Positions 52,359 through 64,000 of a stretch of 64,000 bases of DNA are shown here, one piece after another (position 1 is the first letter of the stretch; each line of letters opens with the position of its first letter). Source of the stretch: Malacoraja senta (Eukaryota); NCBI GenBank assembly GCA_038087875.1, contig CM075987.1:24864001-24928000 (forward strand), written 5' to 3'. The position numbers were made by a program, and so were the translations under genes. The notes beneath the pieces are model-generated. The model saw only the letters and a program-made list of their open reading frames with translations. It made no database searches and was not told the origin of the DNA.

Positions 52359-53265
52359 AATGCTGGATCACTCAGCGGGTCAGGCAGCATCTCTGGAGAA
52401 AGGGAATAGGTGACGTTTCGGGTCGAGACCTTTCTTTAGACAGGCTACTTTAACTGTGGTCAAATAAATCAAATATCAAGGTTTAATAGCTCACGATTTT
52501 TTTTTTTGAGTCATAGAGCGATATAGGATGGAAACAGGCCCTTTGGCCCAACTTGCCCACACCGGCCCGCATGTTGCAAGCTACACTAGTCCCACCTGCC
52601 TGCGTTTGGGCCTGTCGTAGATTGCACAGTTGTAGATACTTGGTCGCTGAGCACTTGATGGATGTGTCCCATCCAGTGCAAACATCTTTGGGGGGAAAAG
52701 AGAAGCAGATGTTTGTGAAGAGAAAATAAAGTTACTGCTTCCTTTCACTTAATCCAGCAGACAACCGTGCAAACTACGAGAGACAACCCTGCTGGTGTAC
52801 ATTCAGTGGAGGAACCAACCCAGCCACCGTGATGTTACACGGAGCTTCCCGTCGAGGCAATGTGAAGCCAATAAACTCTAGATGAGGCACAAAATGCCGG
52901 AGTAACGTTGGGGGACATTTCGGGTCGAGACCCTTCTTCAGACGCTCGACCCGGAACGTCACCCATTCCTTCTCTCCAGAGATGCAGCCTGTCCCGCTGA
53001 GTTACTCCAGCTTTTTGTGTCTATCTTCGGTGTAAACCAGCATCTGCAGTTCCTCCCTGCACAAAGTCTAGATGAGCACAGGAGATGGAACAATTGGACT
53101 GATTCTGTCCATTGTCAACCAGGTTGGTTAGATGGGATTAATCCAAGTCACTTTGTGGCCTCTCGGGCACATCCACCAGTGAAACATTAGTGAGGCAGGA
53201 TACTTGGAGTTTGACTGCGTCACTGATTGTACAAAAAGAATACACTCTGCTGATTCACTGCAAAT

Positions 53266-53588
53266 TAGTTTAGTTTAGTTGAGAGATACAGCGCGGAAAC
53301 AGGCCCTTCAGCCCAGCGAGTCCGCACCGACCAACGATCCCCGCACATGAACACTATCGTACACACACCAGGGACAATTTACACTTACACCAAGCCAATT
53401 AACCTACAAACCTGTACGTCTTTGGATTGTGGGAGGAAACCGAAGATCTCGGAGAAAACCGACGCAGGTCACGGGGAGAACGTACAAACTCCGTACAGAC
53501 AGCACCCCATGGCCGGGATCGAACCCGGGTCTCTGGCGCTGTAAACGCCGCAAGGCAGCAACTTTACCACTACGCCACCGTGACGCCC
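53266..53588 (-). mobile_element. V-SINE (HE1-like), full length
   Basis: Reverse-complement copy with (gttta)n tail. Further copies near 24851, 26918, 32335, 35365, 39320, 40054, 40375, 45290, 46528, 46852, 49395, 54922, 56452, 57170, 57700, 60388, 61603 and 63025. Confidence 0.88.
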
Positions 53589-53766
53589 TTTAGCTTGCAA
53601 TTGAAGCACCACAGTCTTTGCACCATTCCCCAAGAACTCAATTTTAATCGGTCTGGTGATTTTTTGGGGGGGGGGTACTCTATAGATAAGCAGTTCCATT
53701 CAGCGACATCACTCTCTGCACAATATGCATTTTGCACAATGCTGGCATTGAGGAGTTGCAACGTAC

Positions 53767-53917
53767 CACACATCCGGTGGAATCGACCTTCCGATCCGTC
53801 ACACAGCGGTAATTTCTGGTGCAACCTCCATTTTCCCTGGAACAGTCGCGCACAGGACCAAACGAGGACAAGAGGTCATCGGGGGTCTCAAAATACGTGG
53901 ATCTCATGGATTCCTCC
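53767..53917 (-). CDS. ASTN2: Internal coding exon of astrotactin-2 (start of an EGF-like domain)
   Basis: Translates as (R)[50 protein letters not shown]. This matches my recollection of vertebrate ASTN2 ([50 protein letters not shown]) better than ASTN1. Bounded on the minus strand by a polypyrimidine acceptor tttgtcttttcag and a donor gtacgt; 151 bp, phase 2 to phase 0. Confidence 0.93.
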
Positions 53918-56251
53918 CTGAAAAGACAAATTAAAACGTTAGGGGAAAGTCGAACTCCGAATTGACCTTGAAGATACACACAAAATGCTGGAGTAACTCA
54001 GCGGGACAGGCAGCATCTCTGGAGAGAAGGAATGGATGACGTTTCGGGTCGAGTCCCTTTGGTTTAAAGTGACTCCCAACATTAGAGTACAAACACAAAA
54101 CGCTGGAGTAACTCAGCGGGCCAGGCAGCATCTCTGGAAAGGAATGGGTGACGTTTCGGGTCGAGACCCTTCTTCGGTTTAAACCAGCAACTGCGTCACC
54201 CATTCCTTCTCTCCAGAGATGCTGCCGATCCCGCTGAGTTACTCCAGCGTTTTATGTCTACCTTCGATTTAAACCAGCATCTGCAGTTCCTTCACACAGA
54301 TCAAATCGGATGCTGATAAGGAAATGTAGAATGGTTCATTGTTAGCTGAGGGGAAGGTGACAACGAGGCGTACAGTCAGCAATATTTAATCAGGAGGACA
54401 GTAGAACTAGTTGGAGAACTAGGGTGGGGGAGGGCGGGAGATAGATTGACCTTAACAGCGACTAAGCTAAGAAGAAAGATTTTTCACAAAGTGTGCTCCG
54501 AGCTTCATTCATCTATTTCATTGGGCCAGACAACTTGTTAAATGTTACAAATTGTCTAATTCTTCGGAGACTGCCAGTCCAAATTAGACCTTTAAAAATC
54601 ATCGCTACTCATGTGCAAGTTTAAATTCAGCTATCTCCTTAGGGTATACGTTTGTTCAAAATTGACTGCCCTTGGTATTTTTATGAAGCCCAATCTCTTT
54701 CTGTTGACGTGCTTCAACAGAACTCTAAAACCGTTCGAAAGAAAATGAAACGCTAATAAAATACCAGTCACACTATGTGGTCCGATGAATTTGCAATGGA
54801 CGTGGAGAAAAATCCATTAAGTGTTCATAAAGTTGGATCATATATCACCATGGATGGAGGTTTGTTAAAGTACAGGAGACAGGTTGGAGGAATGATTGAA
54901 GACACGGCTTGATGTGATTTGGGCAGCATGGTGGCGCTGCGGTAGAGTTGCTCGCCTTACAGCGCCTACAGCGTCAGAGACCCGTGTTCGATCCTGGCTA
55001 CAGGTGCTTCCCTGTACTGCGCTTGTACGTTCTCACCATGACCTGCGTGGGTTTTCTCCAAGAACTTCAGTTTCCTCCCACACTCCAAAGACGTACAGCT
55101 CTGTAGGTTAATTGGCTTCGTATATCAATGTAAAAAAAAATGTCCCCAGCGTATGATAGCGTTAATGTGCGGGGATCGCTGGTCGATGCGGACTCGGACG
55201 CGCCGTATCTCAAAATTAAAACTAAACATGGGGAACTGCAGATGCTGGAATTTTAAGTAAAACACAATGTGCTGGAGGAACTCAGCTGGCCAGGCGGACT
55301 CTGACTGAGGGATTGCAGAATGGACTGACAAAGTTCTGGGTCCAAATGGCCTCCTCCTGCACCTGCTTTCTATGTTTCTATTTTTCTAATCCAAGTCCAT
55401 CCAACCTGTCCATGCAGCTGCAACCCTCTAATCCAGACGGCATTGTGGTGAACCTCCCCTGCACCCTCTCCAAAGCCACCATATCTGCGTGGTAATTCAC
55501 ATCCTGTCCGCCAGTAAGCTGTAGATTTCTCTGTACTCGTGGTCTGATTAAAAACACAGCATCTTTTGCCAGTGGTTAGTAAAATGATGACTTGAAGAAT
55601 GAATATGGTAACCCCAGTAACACGACACGATACAGGAACTTATTGGGATGGCAGGTTGAACAATTTACTTACCGCAGTGCAATAAGGGCCAAAGTTGTGT
55701 CCTCTGCTTAATTCATATAATTAAACAGGCAGCAACTAGAAACAGGTTCAAATGGCACGCATAACAACTTGATTAAGTAATGCTGCAATAGTCCTTGTGA
55801 GATTAGCTTTTTAAATATTGCTTCACATCTCTAAAGGTTAATTAACTCTGCGTGCACAAGTACACCACAATTCAAACTCGCACAACACGATAGCAACTCC
55901 CAAAGCCGCTTCTGTGGAGTTCCTGTTGCCACGACGTGTTGCCTGTAGCACGCACATTTTCACAACCTGGTCAGTATCAGAATGGATCGGTGTCAACATG
56001 TGGAAACGAGGAACTGCAGATTAATTCATTCATCATCCATTCATCATCGTTGAAAACGTCAGCGACGCAGCGGCGCCGGTTTCCGACGGGAACGGTGACG
56101 GACGCACCACACATCTCCGTCCTCCAGTTCCTGCGGACTTCCGCCGCTGGAAGTTTAGGATTTTGTTGTGTGTGTGTGTTTTATCATCGTTCCTTACAAT
56201 GCCGTGTACGACAGTGATCGCAACTTCTACTGAAGTGTGGATGGCCGTTGG

Positions 56252-56451
56252 NNNNNNNNNNNNNNNNNNNNNNNNNNNNNNNNNNNNNNNNNNNNNNNNN
56301 NNNNNNNNNNNNNNNNNNNNNNNNNNNNNNNNNNNNNNNNNNNNNNNNNNNNNNNNNNNNNNNNNNNNNNNNNNNNNNNNNNNNNNNNNNNNNNNNNNNN
56401 NNNNNNNNNNNNNNNNNNNNNNNNNNNNNNNNNNNNNNNNNNNNNNNNNNN
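56252..56451. other. Assembly gap
   Basis: 200 N. Confidence 1.
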
Positions 56452-56821
56452 AACACTATCCTACACGCACTAGGGACAATTTTACATATTTATAATATAC
56501 CAACTCAATTAACCTACGAAGCTGTGCGTCTTTGGAGTGTGGGAGGAAACCGGAGATCTCGGAGAAAACCAGCGCGGTTCACGGGGAGAACGGACAAACT
56601 CTGTACAGACAGTACCCGTAGCCGGGATCGAACCTGGTTCTTTGGCACTGCAAGCGCTGTAAGGCAGCAAGGTACAAAAGTGAGGCGAAGCCCAGCCAAA
56701 GCTGACAGCTTACAGATTTAGAGTGGTTAAAGGTGATGCACTGCCCGCTTATGTTTGTGATTCCCCACATACCCTCAATTGCTCCTAATTTTTGGCATCT
56801 GTCCAAAAGTAGACACCGAGC

Positions 56822-57138
56822 TTAGTTTAGTTTGTTAGTTTAGTTTAGTTTAGAGATACAGCGCGGAACAGGCCCTTCGACCCACCGTGTCCGCGCCGAC
56901 CAGCGATCCCCGCACACTGACGCTATCCGACACACACCAGTGACAATTTATAATTTTTACCAAAGCCAATCAACCTACAAACCTGCACGTCTTTGGAGTG
57001 TGGGGAGGAACCCGGAGCACCCGGAGAAAACCCACGCAGTCACGGGGAGAACGTATAGACAGCACATGTAGTCAGGATCAAACCCGTGGTCTGTGGTGCT
57101 GTAAGGCCGCGACTCTACCGCTGCGCCATTGTGCAGCC
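56822..57138 (-). mobile_element. V-SINE (HE1-like), within a cluster of at least four copies
   Basis: Full head-to-tail match to the other copies. Confidence 0.85.
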
Positions 57139-57589
57139 CTTCCACAGTTTTTTATAGATTTTAGTTTTGATTTTAGAGATGGGCCAGCGCGGAAATGGGC
57201 CCTTTCGGCCCCCCGAGCGATCCCCACACTATCCTACACACTAGGGACAATTTACATGCATACCAAGCGAATTAACCTGCAAACCTGTATGCCTTTGGAT
57301 TGTGGGAGGAAACCAGAGCTCCCAGAGAATACCCACATGGCCACAGGGAGAACGTGCAAACTCCGTGCAGACAGCACCCATAGTCAGGATTGAACCCAGG
57401 TCTCTGACGCTGCAAGGCAGCAACTCTACCGCTGCACCACTGCGTGTATGCAAAAAGTATCAATTTAATGCGAAATGCCGTGGGATGGAGTCCTGGTTAT
57501 TTATTTCAAGGTTAAAGGTGCAGTTCCCGAGGTCTTCAAAGTGTTCTTTCCAATGTGCTTTGGCTGTCTACCTGTCTTTGATGAGCTCT

Positions 57590-57685
57590 GCCACGCCTGA
57601 CCTACAAGAGGTCATGAAAGCCATATTCCATCTCAAAAATAACAACGCCTCAGGAGGAGACGGAATCACTGCTGAAATCCTAAGC
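57590..57685 (+). mobile_element. RTE-clade LINE fragment
   Basis: PDLQEVMKAIFHLKNNNASGGDGITAEIL, the conserved pre-RT motif. Confidence 0.6.
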
Positions 57686-59879
57686 AGACGGCCAAAGACT
57701 GGCAGCGGTGGAGTAGCTGCCTTACAGCGCTCGCAGGGGCTGAAGACCCGGGTTCGATCCTGACCACGAGTGCTGTCTGTACGGAGTTTGCACGTTCTCC
57801 CCGTGACCTGCGTGGGTTTTCTCCGAGATCTTCGGTTTCCTCCCACACTCAAAAGACGTACAGGTCTTCTCGAACAGCCATCAGGCTATTAAACACGATA
57901 ACACATAAGCTCTGAACTGCAACAGACTATTATTAATATTGCACCATATTTGTTATTTATTGAGATTAAGTATGTGGGCATGTGTATACACACACTGAAC
58001 TTTTTTATTTCTTCTGAGGAAGGGTTTCGGCCCGAAACGTTGCCTATTTCCTTTGCTCCATAGATGCTGCCTCACCTGCTGAGTGTCTCCAGCATTTTTG
58101 TCTACCTTTTGTTTTCCTTCTCCCGTTATGTTCTATGTTTACCTTCTGTTGTGCTGCAGCAAGCAAGAATTTCATTGTTCTATCTGGAACATATGACAAT
58201 AAAATACTCTTGACTCTTGGTATATAAGTTAATTGGCTTGGGTTTGTATACTTGGTATTAGTGTAAATTGTCCCTAGTGTGTGTAGGCTTGTGTTAATGT
58301 GCGTGGATCGCTGGTCAGTGCAAACTCGGTGGGCCGAAGGGCCTGTATCCGCGCCGAACTAAACTAAAACAATGAGCTTTACTTACAAATCCACAAATGC
58401 AGCACGGCAAGAGGAGGATAAATCATGTTCATAAGTGATAGGAGCAGAATTAGGCCATTTGGCCCATCGAGTCTACTCCGCCATTCAATCATGGCTGATC
58501 TATCTCTCCCTCCTAACCCCATTCTCCTGCCTTCTCCCCATAACCCGTGACACTTGCGATTTGTTTATCAGGCCAGCTAGCCACTTTGATTCTCCTTCCC
58601 ATTCACACGCCACCCTGTCTTAGCTCAGCCTCCTCGATTGCTCGAGTGAAGCCATGCGCAAACTGGAAGAACAACACCTCATATTCCACTGGCTACAAAC
58701 AATGGCATGAATATTGAGTTCTTCTCATCCACCCTGCTTTACCTCAACCCACGTCCACAACTTTCTCTCCACTCCCTCCACCTCCAACACAGAGTTCTTT
58801 CTTCCCCTTATCTCATTCCCTTCTTCCGACCATCCCCAAGTGTTTCTACATTTCACAAACCACTTTCCTTCCTGATCATCTTACACCCTTTTTGTCTTCT
58901 CAACTTATCGCCTCCAGCCTTGGTTACTATCCCCACCTTCCCCAGCTGACCCATCGGCCAAACAGCACTGTGCGTGGGAAGGAACTGCAGATGCGGGTTT
59001 ACACCGAAGATAGACACAAAATGCTGGAGTAACTCAGCGGGTCGACAAAAGGAACAGGTGAAGTTTCAGGTCGAGACCCTTCTTCAGCCTCAGGGTATTG
59101 ACCTGAAATGTTAGCTATTCCTTTTCTCCAGAGATGCTGCCTGACCTGCTGAGTTACTTCAGCATTTTGTGTCTATCTTCGATGCCAAATAAGCATTGTC
59201 CTGTCTGGATCCACCTATCACTTACCACCTTCTGCTCCATCCCTTATTCTCACCTCCTCTACTCCATCAGTCCAACGAAGGGTTCCGACCCAAAATAGCA
59301 TCTGTCCATTTCCCTCTCCACGGAGTGACACATGACAAAATAATGGATGTACTGGGCTTGTATTCACTGGAATTTAGAGGGATGAGAGGGAATTTTATAG
59401 AAACATATAACATTCTTAAGGGATAGGACAGGCTAGATGCAGGAAAAATGATCCCGGTGTTGGGGGAAGTCCAGAACCAGGGGTCACAGTTTAAGAATAA
59501 GGGGTATGCCATTTAGGACTGAGAGAGGAAAATGGCCTACTCCTGCACCTTTTTTCTATGTCTCGATGACCCGCTGAGATCGTGCATCAGTTTGTGTTTT
59601 ACGATCCCTTGGGACTCTGTTTTATTGCAAGACGTAGGTTGGCATTTTGGGTACATTTTGAAAAGATTTAAATGATTTTCTTTCAATCTGCTGAGAAACC
59701 GGCACTTGTACTTGAGTCTGGCTGGAACTAGACTATTGTGTATGTCAAGTTGTTTTCATTCATTTAAATCCAGGATCCTCGCAGATGGTGAAGAGGTGTT
59801 AAATGTTCTAATGCTTTTTGAGAAACACTTACATTCAGCAGTAACTATTAGACTCTACCAAGTCATCAGCCTCAGCTAG

Positions 59880-60385
59880 CATTTATTTCGAGAGGGCTTA
59901 TATACAAAAACAGGGATGTAACGCTGAGGCTCTATAAGGCGCTGGTCAGGCTGCATTTGGAATATTGTTAGCAATTTTGGGCTCCATATCTGAGGTTGGA
60001 CGTGCTGGCCCTGGAGTGGGTCCAGAAGAGGTTTACGAGAATGATCCCAGGAATGAGTGGGTTAACATATGATGAGCGTTTGATGGCACTGGGCCTCTAC
60101 TCGTTGGAGTTTAGAAGAATGAGGGGGGACCACATTGAAATGTACAGAATAGTGAAAGGCTTGGATAGAGTGGATGTGGAGAGGATGTTTCCACTTGTGA
60201 ATTCTAGAGGTCACAGCCTCAGAATTAAAGGACATCCTTTTAGGAAGGAGATGAGGAGTAATTTCTTTAGTCAGGGGGTGGTGAATCTTTGGAATTCTTT
60301 GCCACAGAAAGCTGAGGAGGCAGTCATTGGATATATTTAAGGCAGAGATAGATAGATTCTTGATTTGTACAGGTGTCAGAGGTTA
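59880..60385 (+). mobile_element. CR1 LINE 3' fragment
   Basis: ORF 59996-60340: VQKRFTRMIPG..LYSLEFRRMRGD..VVNLWNSLP. Confidence 0.85.
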
Positions 60386-61707
60386 GAGGGCAGTCACGGT
60401 GGCGCAGCGGTAGAGTTGCTGCCTTACAGCAAAATGCAGCGCCAGAGACCCGGGTTCGATCCCGACTACGGGTGCCGTCTGTACGGAGTTTGTACGTTCT
60501 CCCACGTGACCTGCGTGGGTTTTCTCCGAGATCTTCAGTTTCCTCCCACACTCCAAAGACGTACAGGTTTGTAGATTAATTGGCTTGTTTAATTGGCTTG
60601 ATAAAAATGTTAAATTGTCCAATATAGTTGGCGATATGCAGAGTACTGCCCTGCCGACTACAAGGTTCAGAAGGTTCAGAAGGTATAATAATAATAATAA
60701 TACATTTTATTTATGGGCGCCTTTCAAAAGTCTCAAGGACACCTTACAAAGTTTAACAAATAGTGTAGAAACATGTAAGCGGAATGAAATAAATAGCAAA
60801 GACATCACCAGTACACAAATTAAAGACAGAATTAAATCCAAAAACAAAAATCAAAAACACAATATGGAAGAGAGAGCAGCGGCTGCTAAAGCGCGCCAGC
60901 GTCCACTCTCCCTTCCGACCGCCATCTTGGACATAGACTAACATAGACACTACACATTACACACACAATCATCCCCCCACAATGATTACCACTGTGGGGG
61001 AAGGCACAATGTCCAGTCCCCAACCCCAGTTCACCCAAAGTCATGCCTATTGAGGCCTCCACAGTTGCCTCTACGGAGGCCCGATGTTCCTGGGCAGAAG
61101 GTATGGGGAGAAGGCAGGAGAATGGGGTTAGGAGGGAGAGATAGATCAGCCATGATTGAATGGCGGAGTAGATTTGATGGGCCGAATGGCCTAATACTTC
61201 TCCTATCACTTATGAACATGATCTTATGAATACCTCAGAAACAAATGTAGACAGTCAGTAATAGTTGAAAAGTAATTATGCTGGTTTATTGCAAATTTTG
61301 GATTTGGAAATTAAAAGATAGTTTTGAACAGAAATTGAAGGTGAAGAATTAAACTTTTTTTAACATTGGGATCGGGGGCAATAAAGCCTCAGTCATTGTG
61401 GATGGTACAAACATGTGCTCACTTTGAGAACTCTTTCTCCAAGTGTCCGTCAAACTGTTCACTGTAGCGTGAGAGGGAATAGATCTCACACTCTATACCC
61501 TCGGAGCTAAGCTCCTCTATCAACCCATTTCCATCCCCAAAGGTAAAATTGATGACCCCCTGGAAATTCATGACCCCCTGGAAAGTATGAAACATTTTCA
61601 TGTGGCACGGTGGTGCAGCGGCAGAGTTGCTGCCTTACAGCGGCAGAGACCCGGGTTTGATCCTGGCTACGGGTACTGTCTGTACTGAGTTTGTACGATC
61701 GCCCTGT

Positions 61708-62170
61708 TACCAAAAAGTGGTAAATACTGCCCAGTCCATCATCGGCTCTGACCTCCCTTCCATCGAGGGGATCTATCACAGTCGCTGCCTCAAAAAGGCT
61801 GGCAGCATCATCAAGGACCCACACCATCCTGGCCACACACTCATCTCCCCGCTACCTTCAGGTAGAACGTACAGGAGCCTGAAGACTGCGACGACCAGGT
61901 TCAGGAACAGCTTATTCCCCACAGCCATCAGGTTATTAAACCTGGCTCGGACATAACACTGAACTTTATTAGCCAATAATCTGTTTATTTGCACTTTATC
62001 AGTTTATTTATTCGTGCGTGTATATATTTATGCAATGGTATATGGACACACTGATCTGTTCAGTATTCATGCCTACTATGTTCTGTTGTGCTAAAGCAAA
62101 GCAAGAATTTCATTGTCCTATCAGGGACACATGACAATAAAACTCTCTCTTGAACTCTTGAACTCTCTTG
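61708..62170 (+). mobile_element. Rex1/Babar LINE 3' end, inserted in a SINE
   Basis: QKVVNTAQSIIGSDLPSIEGIY..RFRNSLFPTAIRLLN; SINE halves flank it (61603-61705 and 62173 onward). Confidence 0.85.
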
Positions 62171-63344
62171 ACCACGTGGGTTTTCTCCAGGTGCTCCAGT
62201 TTCCTCCAAAGACGTACAGGTTTGTAGGTTAATTGGCTTTGGTAAAAATTGTAATAAACTTAATGTGTGTGGGATAGACAACAGACAATAGGTGCAGGAG
62301 TAGGCCATTCGGCCCTTAGAGCCAGCACCGCCATTCAATGCGATCATGGCTGATCATCCCCAATCAGTTCCCCAATAGACAATAGATAGTGGATAGATAG
62401 TGTTAGTTTACGGGGTGATAGGAGGAGAACTTGGACTCGGCGGGTTGAAGGGCCTGTTTCCAGTCGGGACCCTTTCTTCAAGGAAGATCTGAAGAAAATA
62501 CCGAACCGAGACATCACCTATCCCTGCTCACCGGAGACGTTGTTGCCCTGCTGACTCACACCACCATTTTGTGCCTTTTTTCCTCCAATAAAGCCGTATC
62601 CACTTTACACTTAACATTCAGTGGCGTCCCCGTTACTAAGAACTCACTTTCAAACGCCAGACATGAAACTGAACTGGACCGGATGCACACCAGACACTGT
62701 TTCTACAAGGGGTCAGAGCTATGGACCCTGGAACAAGTAACTCCCTTCCAGAAGGCTTTGCGAGAAGTGTCAGGTGCAAGTCAAGAGTCTGATGGTGATT
62801 GCCTGCTATCCACAGTCTTCACCTCTTGCTTTTGTTGTTCAGTAACAGATATAACCCTGCTCTAAAGGCTCAGCAGGTCAGCACCCAATTTCAAGTGTGA
62901 CTTCTGTGTACAATGCAGAGCTTTTAGTAGCGGTGAAATGAGTGGCGATCTTACCCATGTCTGTATTACTGTTCAAGATTGATGCACACGACATCTCCGG
63001 AGTTAGTTTTTTTCCACCATCTGTTTTTAGTTTCAGAGATCACCCGTACACTAGCAATACCCTGCACGCCAGGACCCATTTACAATGTTACCAAAGCCAA
63101 TTAAACTACAAACCTGAACATCTTTGGAGTGCGGGAGGAAACCGGAGCACCCGGAGAAAACCCACGCGGTCACGGGGAGAACGTACAAAACTCCGTACAG
63201 ACAGCGCCCGTAGTCAGGATCGAACGTGGGTCCCCGGAGCTGCAAGGGAGCAACTCTATCGCTGTGATGCGCTGCCCTAATGCCCCACATGACAATGTGA
63301 AATGACTGGTCTAAAAGCCAAACGACTGCATTTTGGTCAGATGG

Positions 63345-63752
63345 TCAATAGACAATAGACAATAGGTGCAGGAGTAGGCCATTTGGCCCTTCGAGCCAGC
63401 ACCGCCATTCAATGTGATCATGGCTGATCATCCCCAATCGGTACCCCGTTCCTGCCTTCTCCCCATATCCCCTGACTCCGCTATTTTTAAGAGCCCTATC
63501 TAGCTGTCTCTTGAAAGCATCCAGAGAACCTGCCTCCACCGCCCTCTGAGGCAGAGAATTCCAAAGACTCACCACTCTCTGTGAGAAAAAGTGTTTCCTC
63601 GTCTCCGTTCTAAATGGCTTACTCCTTATTCTTAAACTGTGGCCCCTGGTTCTGGACTCCCCCAACATCGGGAACATGTTTCCTGCCTCTAGCGTGTCCA
63701 AGCCCTTAACAATCTTATATGTTTCAATAAGATCCCCTCTCATCCTTCTAAA
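63345..63752 (-). mobile_element. CR1 LINE 3' end
   Basis: FRRMRGDLIETYKI..RTRGHSL..VVSLWNSLPQ; tail (ctattgt)n. Confidence 0.88.
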
Positions 63753-63970
63753 CCCCAACAGCTAAAACCACAGCAAAAACCAGTTATTTGATGACTAACA
63801 GCTGGCGAGTGCTTTTCCAACCTGACTTCTGTGTTACACAGGCACAAGAACATTGTAAATAGGAACAGGAGCCCTCAAAACCTGCTCCACTGCTCAACAA
63901 GGCTGTGGTTGCTCTAATCTTGGCCTCAGTTCATCTTTCCTATCTGTTCAGCATCGTTCTGACTCTCAGT

Positions 63971-63999
63971 CTGAAGAAGGGTCTCGACCCCGAAACGTC
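63971..63999 (+). ncRNA. Minimal hammerhead-ribozyme-like motif
   Basis: ctgaagaagggtctcgaccccgaaacgtc at the window end. Confidence 0.55.
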
Positions 64000-64000
64000 A

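Noticed and set aside
50630..55960. Shared gagttcctgttgccac motif near 50638 and 55917, flanking the exon
   Set aside because: Short and diverged; most likely an old repeat, with no evidence of function.

Overview
Eukaryotic, repeat-saturated vertebrate DNA, most likely a cartilaginous fish (skate/ray), inferred from HE1/V-SINE-like and CR1/HER1-like repeats. The only host coding sequence I can support is one 151-bp exon of astrotactin-2 (ASTN2, minus strand, 53767-53917), so most or all of the window is probably ASTN2 intron. The rest is mobile DNA: a 5'-truncated DIRS tyrosine-recombinase retrotransposon, a full-length but broken Tc1, L2, RTE-X, Rex1/Babar and CR1 LINE pieces, Penelope-like (GIY-YIG) fragments, many tRNA-derived SINEs, PIF/Harbinger-type MITEs, a probable solo LTR, and two non-autonomous DNA-transposon families with unusual 5-bp and 7-bp target-site duplications (TSDs). 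The most striking signal is roughly 25-30 dispersed copies, on both strands, of a minimal hammerhead-ribozyme-like motif (CTGAAGA-AGGGTCTCGACCC-GAAACGTC) inside short Penelope-derived units that often form back-to-back palindromes. There are two 200-N assembly gaps. Family names come from motif recognition only; no database search was run, and many repeat boundaries are approximate.
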